Origin: Candidatus Latescibacterota bacterium
GTDB lineage: Bacteria; Latescibacterota; UBA2968; SICM01
Reading direction: 5' to 3'
DNA: 64,000 nt
Assembly (NCBI GenBank): GCA_965217865.1
Contig: CBDCJO010000002.1
Location: forward strand, 4,064,001 to 4,128,000
Under the pieces are notes generated by a model. That model saw only the letters and a list, made by a program, of their open reading frames with translations. It ran no database searches and was not told the DNA's origin. This document shows, piece after piece, positions 31,203 through 41,611 of the stretch (positions are counted from its first letter, which is position 1; every line of letters begins with the position of its first letter). The position numbers and the translations under genes are program-made.

Positions 31203-32309
31203 ATGCTGGATGTAGGGAACTTTACAATGTCCAAGCCCACAAAACGTGGTCGTGATATTCGAAATTTCATTATTCAAACAACACCTGACCATCCACGAGA
31301 CGTCGTAAAGGTCGTTGCCAATCGATTCAAAATATCTAGACAAGCAGTAAATAGGTATTTCAAAGAGCTCTTGGATGAGGGAAAAATCAATGCTCAAGGG
31401 AATACCAGGCAGCGAGAGTACTTCCTCAGAACACAACACGATATTCAATTCTCGATACCCTTAAAGGGACTTGAGGAAGACCAGCTGTGGCGTACCGAAG
31501 TCGCGCAGGTCTTGGAAAGTTTTCCAAGAAACGTGATTGATATCTGGCATTACGTCTTCACAGAGATGGTTAATAACGCAATCGATCATTCGGAAGGCCA
31601 CGAATTAACTGTGGCATTGAAGGTGAACCCGGTAACAACTGAGATTTATGTGCACGACAATGGTATCGGAATATTTCGCAAGATTAAAGAAGAATGCAAT
31701 CTTGAAGATGAGCGACATGCCGTCCTGGAGTTGGCAAAAGGAAAGCTTACAACTGATCCGGATAACCACACGGGAGAGGGCATCTTTTTTACATCGCGGA
31801 TGCTGGACGATTTTGCAATCCTGTCCGGTGACGTTTATTTTTCACACGAATTTGGGCAAGAGGAAGACTGGATCTTAGAAAGAGAACCACCGAGAATTGG
31901 CACGTCGGTGTTCATGTACTTAACGAACAATAGTAAACGAACCGATCAGGAAATATTTGATCAGTTTGCTTCTGAGGAGGAGGACTACGGTTTTTCCAAG
32001 ACTGTAGTCCCGGTTCGACTCGTTCGCCATGGTGTCGAAAAATTGGTATCCAGATCTCAGGCGAAGCGGTTGCTGGCAAGGGTCGATCGTTTTAATACGG
32101 TCATTCTTGATTTTCAAGATGTCGATTCGATCGGAAGGGCTTTTGCCGATGAGATATTTCGTGTCTTCGAAAAAAACAACCCGAGCATTCTACTCATGAC
32201 CATCAATACTGTTCCTCACGTGGAGAAAACGATCACATACGCTCGCGAAAATAGTCACGTGGGATTGCCACACTCTCGTGATTCGTCGTTCGTGATCCGA
32301 GATTCGTAA
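31203..32309 (+). CDS. HTH-HATPase_c-STAS-like (DUF4325) protein; start probably 31227
   Basis: ISRQAVNRY HTH; EMVNNAIDH, DNGIGI, GEGIFFT; SRSQAKR..VILDF..IGRAFADEIF. Confidence 0.85.
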   Translation: MLDVGNFTMSKPTKRGRDIRNFIIQTTPDHPRDVVKVVANRFKISRQAVNRYFKELLDEGKINAQGNTRQREYFLRTQHDIQFSIPLKGLEEDQLWRTEVAQVLESFPRNVIDIWHYVFTEMVNNAIDHSEGHELTVALKVNPVTTEIYVHDNGIGIFRKIKEECNLEDERHAVLELAKGKLTTDPDNHTGEGIFFTSRMLDDFAILSGDVYFSHEFGQEEDWILEREPPRIGTSVFMYLTNNSKRTDQEIFDQFASEEEDYGFSKTVVPVRLVRHGVEKLVSRSQAKRLLARVDRFNTVILDFQDVDSIGRAFADEIFRVFEKNNPSILLMTINTVPHVEKTITYARENSHVGLPHSRDSSFVIRDS

Positions 32310-32482
32310 TTCGCGCAGCTTGTTATCGTGCTGAACCCAATGGCCTTTTGTGGCCAAAATTTGTGGGACCGGTCTCCAGACCGGGAACTGGCTCTGTAGG
32401 GCCATGAACTCCTGGTTTTCCGATCTCCGAATCACGATCCACGATCCACGGCTTCTCCGATCCCCGAATCACGATCCCGAGC
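32276..32482. repeat. Inverted TCGTGAT / ATCACGA heptamer arrays flanking a ~110-bp core
   Basis: Left array at 32276-32312 overlaps the stop of the DUF4325 gene; right array at about 32420-32482. Confidence 0.75.
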
Positions 32483-32572
32483 ACCGGCTTTTCCGATCCC
32501 TGGGCTTGACTTTCCTGCCACTGCCAGGGCTTCTGTCTTTTACTTTCTCACGTCTCACTTTTGGAGGCTTTA

Positions 32573-33568
32573 ATGATGAAGATCGGCACCACAATCAGGC
32601 CCGACTGGCTGGAACATCCGGGAGATTTCACCTTCCTGAAGCAGATCGGCGTCGACTGTGTGAACATCACGATGGACATCTGTCCTGGATTTAAAGAATC
32701 CGGTGGTCGTCTGAATCGGGAAGGACTGGAGCGCATCGTTGAGATCGTCGATAGCGCCGGCCTGAAAGTCGAGCGCGCGAATGCCCAGAGCAAATTCCTG
32801 GAGGCCGTCTATCTGGATAAGGAGGGGGCCGATCAAGAGATCGACAATCTTGTCTACAACATCGAGCTCTGCGGGGAGTTCAAGTTTCCGGTCGTGGGCA
32901 TCCAGTGTTTCCAGGCAAACCAGCTTGCGGGCTTCCTTGAAACGAACTATCATTGGGTCGAGGGGCGGGGCGGTTATCGTAACCTGAAGGTGGAACTTTC
33001 CGACCTGCTCGATCGGCCCGCTCCCCCGGGCGTGCCCACCCACGAAGAGCTTTGGGAACGGACGGTCAGGATTTACCGGACGGCCGTACCCGTTGCGGAG
33101 CAGTTCGACATCAAGATCGCGATGCACGGCAACGACCCGCCTGTGCCCTCACTCTCCGGAGTGCCTCAGATCCTTTACGACTTCGCCGCGTTCGACCGGC
33201 TCTTCAAAGAGGTACCTTCGGCCAACTGCGGGATGACATTCTGTGTGGGAACCCGGTACGAATCCGGTGAGGATGTTCTAAAAGGGATTAAAAAATTCGG
33301 CGGACAGGGTAGGATCTTCCACGTCCACTTCAGGAACGTGCAGGGCAGGATTCCCGAAATCAAGGAGTATCAGGAAGTGATCCCGGACACCGGCGATCTC
33401 AACATGGCCCGCGTCGCCAGGGCCCTTCAAGAAGTGGGCTATGAGGGTGTGATCGACCACGATCACATCATGAAGCTGACCACCGACGGTCCGGCGGGAA
33501 GAGAATACATCGCTTACTGCGTTGGCCACATGAGGGGAATTTTACAGTCGCTTGAGGATCGTGGCTAA
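32573..33568 (+). CDS. Mannonate dehydratase (UxuA)-like protein
   Basis: GGAGG RBS; IAMHGNDPP, MTFCVG, IFHVHFRNVQG, GDLNM, DHDH. Confidence 0.8.
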   Translation: MMKIGTTIRPDWLEHPGDFTFLKQIGVDCVNITMDICPGFKESGGRLNREGLERIVEIVDSAGLKVERANAQSKFLEAVYLDKEGADQEIDNLVYNIELCGEFKFPVVGIQCFQANQLAGFLETNYHWVEGRGGYRNLKVELSDLLDRPAPPGVPTHEELWERTVRIYRTAVPVAEQFDIKIAMHGNDPPVPSLSGVPQILYDFAAFDRLFKEVPSANCGMTFCVGTRYESGEDVLKGIKKFGGQGRIFHVHFRNVQGRIPEIKEYQEVIPDTGDLNMARVARALQEVGYEGVIDHDHIMKLTTDGPAGREYIAYCVGHMRGILQSLEDRG

Positions 33569-33583
33569 TCCTATGGGATCGTT

Positions 33584-33779
33584 TGGGAGGGTCCGCGGCC
33601 TCGCGGGCCGTAATCGGTTAACCGAGGCCGATAGCGCCTCACCCCTATTCAAACCCGTTCAACATTAAAATTCATCAAATTCCCCTGAAAACCGCCAAAC
33701 CTTTGACCCCAGGGGATTCTGAAAACCCTTCCCTTAACGATAGGAATGTTAGCGGACACCGAGGCCGGCGTCCCTCCCA
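33584..33779. repeat. Long-range inverted repeat pair (REP doublet/MITE-like)
   Basis: TGGGAGGGTCCGCGGCCTCG.. and ..CGAGGCCGGCGTCCCTCCCA. Confidence 0.55.
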
Positions 33780-33885
33780 TCTAATCGGCCAGTTTCCGGG
33801 ATGGCTCGCGCCATCGCATTGTTCCCATTCTGTATTCTAACTTCTGTATTCTGTCTTCCTTTTGCAATTTCATAGGAAACCAACC

Positions 33886-35187
33886 ATGGGAAGTGACGAC
33901 TTACAGAATCTCCTCGACCGCGCCAACCGATATCTTGTCGGCGGATGTACGGGAATGTTCCGCATGCCGGATGACGTCGTCACCGTGTTCCACGACGGGG
34001 AGGGCAGCCGCCTCTTCGACGTGACCGGGCGGGAGTACATCGACTACGTCATGGGTTCCGGTCCTCTGATCCTGGGACACGCCCATCCCGCAGTCGTCGA
34101 CGCCGTGCGGCACCAGGTCGGCCTCGGAACCACCTTTTTCGGCCTCCACGCCCCGGTCATCCGCCTGGCGGAGCGCCTGGTCGAGGCCGTACCCTGCGCA
34201 GAGCGTGTCCGCTTCACCTCATCCGGGAGCGACGGCACCTTCTCCGCCCTCCGCCTGGCCCGGGCTTACACAGGCCGCGAAAAAATACTCAAATTTGAAG
34301 GGGGATGGCACGGCGGACACGACTACGCCCAGCAGAGCGCCTACCCCCCCATGCCTGGGGACGGGCCGGTCTCCATACCCGACTGCGACGGCATTCCCAA
34401 AACCGTGTCCGAGACCGTGCTCGTGGCTCCTTTCAACGACGCTGGCATCGCGGCCGAAGTCATAAACAACTGTGCTCAGGATCTCGCTGCCGTGATCGTG
34501 GAGCCCCTCCAGCGTGCCATCCGTCCGGTTTCCGGTTTCCTCCAGGCCCTGCGTGAAGCCACCGAAGCCCACAATGTTGTCCTCATCTTCGACGAAATCG
34601 TCACCGGTTTTCGCATAGCCTGGGGCGGCGCCCAGGAACGTTACGGCGTAGTTCCCGACATGGCCGTCTACGGCAAATCCATCAGCGGAGGATTTCCCAT
34701 GGCCGCGATTTGCGGCCGCGCGGACATTATGGACTGTGCCGATCCCAGGCGGAGGGGCAACGACAGTTATGCGTTCATCAGCAGCACCGCAAACGGCAAC
34801 CCGATCGGAACTACCGCCGGCCTGGTCTGCCTTGACGAACTCGGGAAAGAAGGGGTCTACCCCCGCCTCTACGCGATTCCCAATCAACTCAAAGACGGTC
34901 TGGAAAGCCTGGGCCGTGAGCGGGGTCTCCCCCTCCGGGTCTTCGGCGAAGGCCCCGTATTGCAGCCCTTTTTCACCGATATCGAAATCCGCAACTATGC
35001 CGACACCCTCAAGGCCGACGCCAAGGCCGCATCGCAATTCGGCCGTGAAATGATCAAGCGCGGCATCTACGTCACCCCGGGCGGCAAGCTCTACCTCTCG
35101 CTTGCCCACTCCGAATCCGATGTCGATCGCACACTCGAAGCCGCAAAAAGCGCGCTCGGGGAGGTCCGGGTAGAAGGAGTAAGCTGA
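33886..35187 (+). CDS. Class III aminotransferase (glutamate-1-semialdehyde aminomutase-like)
   Basis: YIDYVMGSGPLILGH, FEGGWHG, IFDEIVTGFR, YGKSISGGFP. Confidence 0.88.
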   Translation: MGSDDLQNLLDRANRYLVGGCTGMFRMPDDVVTVFHDGEGSRLFDVTGREYIDYVMGSGPLILGHAHPAVVDAVRHQVGLGTTFFGLHAPVIRLAERLVEAVPCAERVRFTSSGSDGTFSALRLARAYTGREKILKFEGGWHGGHDYAQQSAYPPMPGDGPVSIPDCDGIPKTVSETVLVAPFNDAGIAAEVINNCAQDLAAVIVEPLQRAIRPVSGFLQALREATEAHNVVLIFDEIVTGFRIAWGGAQERYGVVPDMAVYGKSISGGFPMAAICGRADIMDCADPRRRGNDSYAFISSTANGNPIGTTAGLVCLDELGKEGVYPRLYAIPNQLKDGLESLGRERGLPLRVFGEGPVLQPFFTDIEIRNYADTLKADAKAASQFGREMIKRGIYVTPGGKLYLSLAHSESDVDRTLEAAKSALGEVRVEGVS

Positions 35188-36155
35188 TGGACCTCTTTTT
35201 GGACAAAACAACCGTTGTCGGCGCCGGGCTCATGGGGAGCCAGATCGGGCTCGTCCTCGCCCTGGGCAGCAGGGAGACAGTCCTGATCAGCCGACATCAG
35301 GAAAGCCTGGACACGGCCCTGGAAAACCTCGGACGTTATGTCACCGACCTCCACCGACACGATGGGCTCCGCGACGAATCTCCCGAATCCGTCCTGGGCC
35401 GCATCCGGACCACCACCGACATGGAATCTGCCGTAGCAGATGCGGACTTCGTCGTCGAATCCATCCCCGAGGACCTGGAGGCCAAACAGGCGCTCTTCGA
35501 GCAGCTTGACGCGATTACCCCTCCTGAAACCCTCCTGGCGAGCAACACCTCGGGCCTGCCCATCACGCAGCTGGCCGCCCACGCCAAGCACAAAGGCCGG
35601 ATTGCAGGATCTCACTTCGTCCAGCCGGGCCATATCGTGCCCGTCGTGGAGGTCGTTCGCGGGGAGGAGACCTCGGACGCGGCGATGGACAGGATCGCGG
35701 CCATCTGGGAAAGCCTCGGCAGGCTGCCCCTCCGTATCAACCGGGACGTGCCCGGCTTTTTGATCAACCGCCTTCAGCACGCCCTCATCCGGGAGGCCGT
35801 AGACCTCCTGGCATCCGGCGTGGCCAATGCGGAGGATATCGACCTGGCCGTGCGGCTGGGCCTTGCCCCCCGCTTTACCACGGCCGGTCCCCTGGAACAG
35901 CGGGACATCAACGGCTTGAACATGCACGTCCGGGTGGCGGAACACCTCTGGAAAACCCTGGGTGGATGGGAAGGTCCCCTTGCTTACCTCCAGGACATGG
36001 TCGCCCGGGGAGAAACCGGTCTGGAATCCAGCAAGGGTTACTATGACTGGTCCAACCGCGACCCCAAAGCCGTACGGGCGGAGAAAGACGAACAACTCCT
36101 CCGCAGAACCCGACAAGTCATGACCGACTGGGAAACGGAACGGAAAAGGGGTTGA
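35187..36155 (+). CDS. 3-hydroxyacyl-CoA dehydrogenase family protein
   Basis: VVGAGLMG, VESIPEDL..K, ASNTSGL, HFVQP, PGFLINRL. Confidence 0.92.
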   Translation: MDLFLDKTTVVGAGLMGSQIGLVLALGSRETVLISRHQESLDTALENLGRYVTDLHRHDGLRDESPESVLGRIRTTTDMESAVADADFVVESIPEDLEAKQALFEQLDAITPPETLLASNTSGLPITQLAAHAKHKGRIAGSHFVQPGHIVPVVEVVRGEETSDAAMDRIAAIWESLGRLPLRINRDVPGFLINRLQHALIREAVDLLASGVANAEDIDLAVRLGLAPRFTTAGPLEQRDINGLNMHVRVAEHLWKTLGGWEGPLAYLQDMVARGETGLESSKGYYDWSNRDPKAVRAEKDEQLLRRTRQVMTDWETERKRG

Positions 36156-36189
36156 TTCTAAAAAACCAACCCTGATTTGGATTTACCTC

Positions 36190-36319
36190 GTAGGGGCACG
36201 GCATGCCGTGCCCCTACACCAATTTTGTCCTCCCACCCCATTCCCGTAGGGGCGAGGCAATGCCTCGCCCAATGATTCATCCATACCATCCATGGCCGAC
36301 CACATCGGGTCGCCCCTAC
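36190..36319. repeat. REP-like module D, copy 2
   Basis: GTAGGGGCACGGCATGCCGTGCCCCTAC plus two further hairpins. Confidence 0.85.
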
Positions 36320-36374
36320 ACCCCTCCCTGTTTTTCGTCAAGAACATCCTTAATCAACATCGCTGTAAAAAACC

Positions 36375-36408
36375 AAAAGGCCCCGGAAATGTTCGGGGCC
36401 TTTATTTT
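36375..36408. terminator. Bidirectional terminator between convergent genes
   Basis: AAAAGGCCCCG-N-CGGGGCCTTTATTTT. Confidence 0.75.
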
Positions 36409-36569
36409 ATGCGTGAAAAAAAGGGCGACTTTAACCTCGCCCCAATGGATTTTCAATCTTCAATCTTCAATTCTCTGACCTCCTACCCCTAACTTCCGAC
36501 CTCAGACGAATTTAGGTCTTCTTCTGACTTCTGTATTCTGTATTCCGGTCGGGATGGGTGGAGGAGTGG

Positions 36570-38628
36570 CTATATCTCCTTCCCAAACGCCCCCGCAAAA
36601 AGAAAGAAGTCGTCAAAATCGATCTTGTTGTTCCCGTCCAGGTCGAAACGGACGTTATCACCAGTCGGCTCCTGACTGAACGCGGCTGCAAACAGGAAGA
36701 AATCCTCCAGATCCACTTTGCCGGTCCCGTCGAAATCGGGAGATGTCCCCACGGCATAAACGACCCCGGACAGGCGAAGGTTCGTGGGATCCCCCGCGTT
36801 GTGATCGATCAGGAGGCTGGCCGACTTCGTTCCCCGGAGATGTCGGAGAAAATATCACCGTGATCGTCTCGGACCCTCCCGAAGCGATCGTGACCTGAGT
36901 CGTCGAGACCTCGTACTCGGAAGCGTGTGTCCCTTCCACGGTGATCCCGGTGATGGAGAGGTCCTCGGTGCCCGGATTGTTAATCGTGAAAGATCCCTGG
37001 TCGGTTGTCTCCGCCTCCACACCGTCGAACGACACGACGTCGGCCTGAAGGCCGAGGACCGGTCCGCCCTCTGCGACGGCGGTCAGGTCGACAATGAGCT
37101 GGTCCCCGGCGTTGTGATCCACGTGAACAATGATTGACTTATTCCCGATAGAAGCAGGATCGAATGTAATCGTTATGGTCTCCGACCCCCCGGGTGCGAT
37201 CGTGGCCGATGCCGGGGAGACATCGAATTCCGAAACATCGGCCCCCTCCAGGGTGATCGCTGTGATGGATAGATCCGAGACGCCCGGGTTCGTGATCGTC
37301 CCCTGAACGGCGTTCTCACCCACCTTGATGGTCTCCAATGCCAGGGTGGAGGCAGACAGGCTGATCTCCGGGCCGACCTCCACGGCGAACCCGGTTACGT
37401 CGATCCCCTTGGACCCGGCATCGGATTCCACAAACAGGACAGCCGACCGGACCCCTTTCCTGCTGGGGGAAAAAATCACGGTGATCGTCTCGATGCCCCC
37501 GGGGTCGATCGTGGGCAGCGTCTCCTGCCCCTGGTAATCCCTTCTTCCCGCACCACTGAACGTAAACTCCGTGAGGGTCAGGGGCCCGGTTCCGATGTTC
37601 GAGACCTCCAAGGTCTGCCCGGAACTCCCCCCGACCCCCGTCGTGTCGAAGGCCAGGGATGTGACCATCAGGGCAAGAATCCCATCGGGCCCCACGCGGC
37701 GGACGCGGTGGTTCGCCGTGTCGGAGAAATAGATATTTATGCCGTCCGCATCCACGGCCGCCTTGCTGGGAAAGTTCAACTTCGCCTTGTTTGCCGGACC
37801 CCCGTCCCCCGAATATCCACCTTCGACATTCTGGAGTCTATCCCACTCCGTCCCCGTCCCCGCGAGTATCTTGATCCTCCCGAGGCCCACACGGCGGATG
37901 CGTTGGTTTCCTGTGTCGACGATGTAGACGTTTCCTCTGGAATCTGCAGCTACTCCCTCCGGCCACCACAGGGAGGCATCCGTGGGCTTAACGTCATCCC
38001 GGATCAAAGCCCGATCACCCCGCCCGCCCGCAAAGGTCGTGATGCTCCCGGCGCTCACGAGGCGGATGCGGTGATTTCTCGTGTCCGCGATGAACAGGTC
38101 ACCGCTTGCATCAACGACCACGTCGGACGGAAATGCCAACCTGGCCTCTGTAGCCGGCCCTCCGTCCCCGTCGAAACCTCTCTCGCCCGTACCCGCGATG
38201 GTCTCGATGATCCCGTCGAGGCCCACGCGGCGGACGCGCTGATTCGAGTAGTCGGCGATGTATATATTTCCCTTTGAGTCCACGGCCACGTCCCTCGGAA
38301 TATTTAAGAGGGCCTGTGTCGCCGGTCCCTCGTCCCCTGAAAAACCCGGATCTCCGGTTCCCGCAATGGTCGTGATGATCCCGTCGAGGCCCACGCGGCG
38401 GATGACGTGATTTCCCGTGTCGGCAATATAGATGACCCCCTTTTCATCAATGAAAATGCCTTCGGGTTCCATTAACTTGGCCTCGTTTGCGGGACCTCCA
38501 TCCCCTGAATATGCACCCGATACCGAACCCGCAAAGGTCGTGATTTTATCCGATGCCTCAACAGCAGCCAGGTTTCCCGGTTGCTGAAGGCAGAGCACAC
38601 AGATAATAACCATGCATAGACGTGACAT
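36570..38628 (-). CDS. Secreted NHL-repeat / Ig-like (choice-of-anchor D-like) / EF-hand-dockerin-like protein, paralog 1; frameshift near 36830
   Basis: Signal peptide MSRLCM..; GDGGPA..L..P..VAVD..GNIYIAD repeats; three Ig-like repeats; tail in ORF 36570..36752. Confidence 0.85.
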
Positions 38629-38684
38629 AACGACTTTCCTCAGAATATCCGATTTGGGCACCGGAACAGATGCGGTCAGATCGT

Positions 38685-39070
38685 TTGGCTTTTTCCTGCC
38701 ACTGCCACTATTCATTGAACATTGAATATCGGAAAATTGAATATTTGAACAACTCACGACTTTCTTATGTTCCAATGGATCTCCCTTGATCTTCAATCTT
38801 CATTCTTCAATCGTCGATCTTCAATTTCTCTGGCCTCCGACCCCTGCCTTTGCTTTCCCACCACTGCCACTGCCCCCTGCTACTGCTTTCCCCTGGCCCC
38901 CGACTTTTGATCCCTATTCCCGTCTCCCGACTGAGTTGAATTAGGTCTTCTTCTGACTCCTGTCTTCTGTATTCTATATTCCGGTGGGGATAGGCGGAAG
39001 GGTCTTCCTTCAATCGTCCATCGTCTATGGTCCATCGTCTTCATTTGCATTTTCCATTTTCCATTTCCCT
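38685..39070. repeat. Mosaic: module B (38712-38828), module A (38931-39005), CCATCGT and CCATTTT arrays
   Basis: Read directly; matches the other copies. Confidence 0.88.
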
Positions 39071-39096
39071 TATTAGGGCTCATGGCAGAGGAGTGA

Positions 39097-41361
39097 CTAT
39101 AGTGTCTTCCCGAATGCCCCTGCGAAGAGGAAGAAGTCGTCAAAATCGATCTTGTTGTTCCCGTCCAGGTCGAAACGGGCGTTATCACCTGTCGGTTCCT
39201 GACTGAATGCGACCGCAAACAGGAAGAAATCCTCCAGATCTACTTTGCCGGTCCCGTCGAAATCCGGAGATGTTCCCACGGCATAAACCACCCCGGACAG
39301 GCGGACCGTCGTGGGATCCCCCGCGTTGTGATCGATCAGGAGGCTGGCCGACTTGGTCCCCGGAGATGTCGGAGAAAATATCACGGTTATCGTCTCGGAT
39401 CCTCCCGAAGCGATCGTGAGCGCAGTCGTCGAGACCTCGTACACAGACGCGTGCGTCCCTTCCACAGTGATGCCCGTGATGGAGAGGTCCTCGGTGCCGG
39501 GGTTGTTAATCGTTAACGATCCCTGATCAATTGTCTCCGCCTCCACGCCGTCGAACGACACGACTTCGGACGGAAGCCCCAGGACCGGTCCGCCTTCTGC
39601 GACCGCGGTCAGGTCGACAATGAGCTGGTCCCCGGCGTTGTGATCCACGTGAACGGTGATTGACTTATTCCCGATAGAAGCAGGATCGAATGTAATCGTT
39701 ATGGTCTCCGACCCCCCGGGTGCGATCGTGGCCGCGGTAGGGGAGACCTCGAATTCCGAAACATCGGCCCCTTCCAGGGTGACCCCGGTGACGGACAGAT
39801 CCGAGACGCCCGGGTTCGTGATTGTGATCGTCCCCTGAACGGCGTTCTCACCGATTTTGACGGTCTCCAATGCCAGGGTGGAGGCAGACAGGCTGATCTC
39901 CGGGCCGCCCTCCACGGCGAACCCGGTTACGTCGATCCCCTTGGACCCGGCATCGGATTCCACAAACAGGACGGCCGACCGGGCCCCTTTTCTGCTGGGG
40001 GAAAAAATCACAGTGACCGTCTCGATGCCCCCGGGGTCGATCGTGGGCAGCGTCTCCTGCCCCTGGTAATCCCTTCTTCCCGCACCACTGAACGTAAACT
40101 CCGTGAGGGTCAGGGGCCCGGTTCCGATGTTCGAGACCTCCAGGGTCTGTTCCGAACTCCCCCCGACCCCCGTCGTGTCGAACGTCAGGGATGTGAAGGT
40201 CAGCGCGAGGATCCCGTCGGGCCCCACGCGGCGGATGCGGTGATTTTGAACGTCGGAGAAATAGACGTTTATGCCGTCGACATCCACGCCCCACGGCACG
40301 TTCAGCTGGGCCTGGTTCGCCGGACCTCCGTCCCCCGAATATCCCCCTAAGACATCGCCGTCCGGATTTTTCTCGAACCCCGAACCCGCAACCGTATCGA
40401 TGATCCTGCTTCCGTTCACAACTCGGATGCGTTGATTGAAGGTGTCGGCGATGTAGACGTTTCCTTTGGAATCCGCGGCCACCCCATGCGGCCACCAAAA
40501 GGCTGCTTCCGTCGCCCGGACGCCGGTCCTGAGTTGCGCCCTGTCTCCCCGTCCGCCGGCAAAGGTCGTGATGACCCCGGTGATGTCCACAACGCGGACG
40601 CGGTGATTTCTATAGTCGCAGAAGTAGATGTCCGCCCCGTCTATGAAGATGTCGGTCGGGGAATTCAGCTTGGCCTCTGTAGCCGATCCCCCGTCCCCCC
40701 CGAAATCTCTCTCGCCCGTACCCGCGATGGTCGTGATGACCCCCGAGAACGCGTTCACTTTGCGAAGGCGGTGATTTTCCTGGTCTCCGATGTACACGTT
40801 CCCCGTTCTATCCACGGCCACCCCTTGCGGCCTGTCCAGTTCGGCCTCTGTGGCGAGTCCCCCGTCCCCGGAAAAACCACCCACCAAAGCTCCTCCACTC
40901 CCTACTTGGGGTTCGGTTCCCGAACCCGCAAAGGTCGTGATGATCCCGTCAGGATCCACAACGCGGATGCGGTTATTGAGGCTGTCGGCGATGTATATGT
41001 TCCCCTTTGAATCCACGGCCACGTCGGCCGGATAATTTAAGAGGGCCTCTGTCGCCGGTCCCCCGTCCCCGGAAAAACCCTCATCTCCGTTTCCGGCAAT
41101 GGTCTCGATGATCCCGTCCAGGCCCACGCGGCGGATGCGCTGGTTACCGTAGTCGGCGATGTAGAGAACCCCCCTTTCATCCAGGAACAGGCCCCTCGGA
41201 GTCGTTAACTTGGCCTCATTGGCCGGACCCCCGTCCCCTGAAAATCCCCCCGTCACCGAACCTGCAAAAGTCGTGATTTTATCCGTGCCCTCAACCGCGG
41301 CCAGATTTCCCGGTTCCTGAAGGCAGAGCACAAAGACAATAACCATGCACAGACGTGACAT
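39097..41361 (-). CDS. NHL/Ig/EF-hand protein, paralog 2 (intact)
   Basis: Continuous ORF; ATG at 41361 after an AGGAAAG RBS; ends DFDDFFLFAGAFGKTL. Confidence 0.92.
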   Translation of the reverse strand: MSRLCMVIVFVLCLQEPGNLAAVEGTDKITTFAGSVTGGFSGDGGPANEAKLTTPRGLFLDERGVLYIADYGNQRIRRVGLDGIIETIAGNGDEGFSGDGGPATEALLNYPADVAVDSKGNIYIADSLNNRIRVVDPDGIITTFAGSGTEPQVGSGGALVGGFSGDGGLATEAELDRPQGVAVDRTGNVYIGDQENHRLRKVNAFSGVITTIAGTGERDFGGDGGSATEAKLNSPTDIFIDGADIYFCDYRNHRVRVVDITGVITTFAGGRGDRAQLRTGVRATEAAFWWPHGVAADSKGNVYIADTFNQRIRVVNGSRIIDTVAGSGFEKNPDGDVLGGYSGDGGPANQAQLNVPWGVDVDGINVYFSDVQNHRIRRVGPDGILALTFTSLTFDTTGVGGSSEQTLEVSNIGTGPLTLTEFTFSGAGRRDYQGQETLPTIDPGGIETVTVIFSPSRKGARSAVLFVESDAGSKGIDVTGFAVEGGPEISLSASTLALETVKIGENAVQGTITITNPGVSDLSVTGVTLEGADVSEFEVSPTAATIAPGGSETITITFDPASIGNKSITVHVDHNAGDQLIVDLTAVAEGGPVLGLPSEVVSFDGVEAETIDQGSLTINNPGTEDLSITGITVEGTHASVYEVSTTALTIASGGSETITVIFSPTSPGTKSASLLIDHNAGDPTTVRLSGVVYAVGTSPDFDGTGKVDLEDFFLFAVAFSQEPTGDNARFDLDGNNKIDFDDFFLFAGAFGKTL

Positions 41362-41611
41362 AACGACTTTCCTCCGAATATCCGATTTGGGCACCGAAAC
41401 CGATGCGGTCAGATCGTTTGGCTTTTTCCTGCCACTGCCACAGCTACTTCCTTTTGCCGTCTCACGTTTCACGTTTGGTGTTCTGTTTCCATTTTCCATT
41501 TTGCACCTTGCATTTCCTTCCCCTGACCTCCGTCCATCGTCTCCGGTCTGCGGTTAATTTTGCATTTTCCATTTTCCATTTCCCTTATTAGGCCTAATGG
41601 CAGAGGAGTGA

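Noticed and set aside
33886-35187. Gene symbol hemL
   Set aside because: Motifs are divergent (SSGSDGT, GGWHG) and the context is catabolic, so it is probably a paralog with another substrate.
34219-36116. Long minus-strand ORFs (330 and 341 aa); similarly 13070..13894 and 56545..57351
   Set aside because: They are antisense shadows of well-supported genes in GC-rich DNA and have no recognisable motifs.
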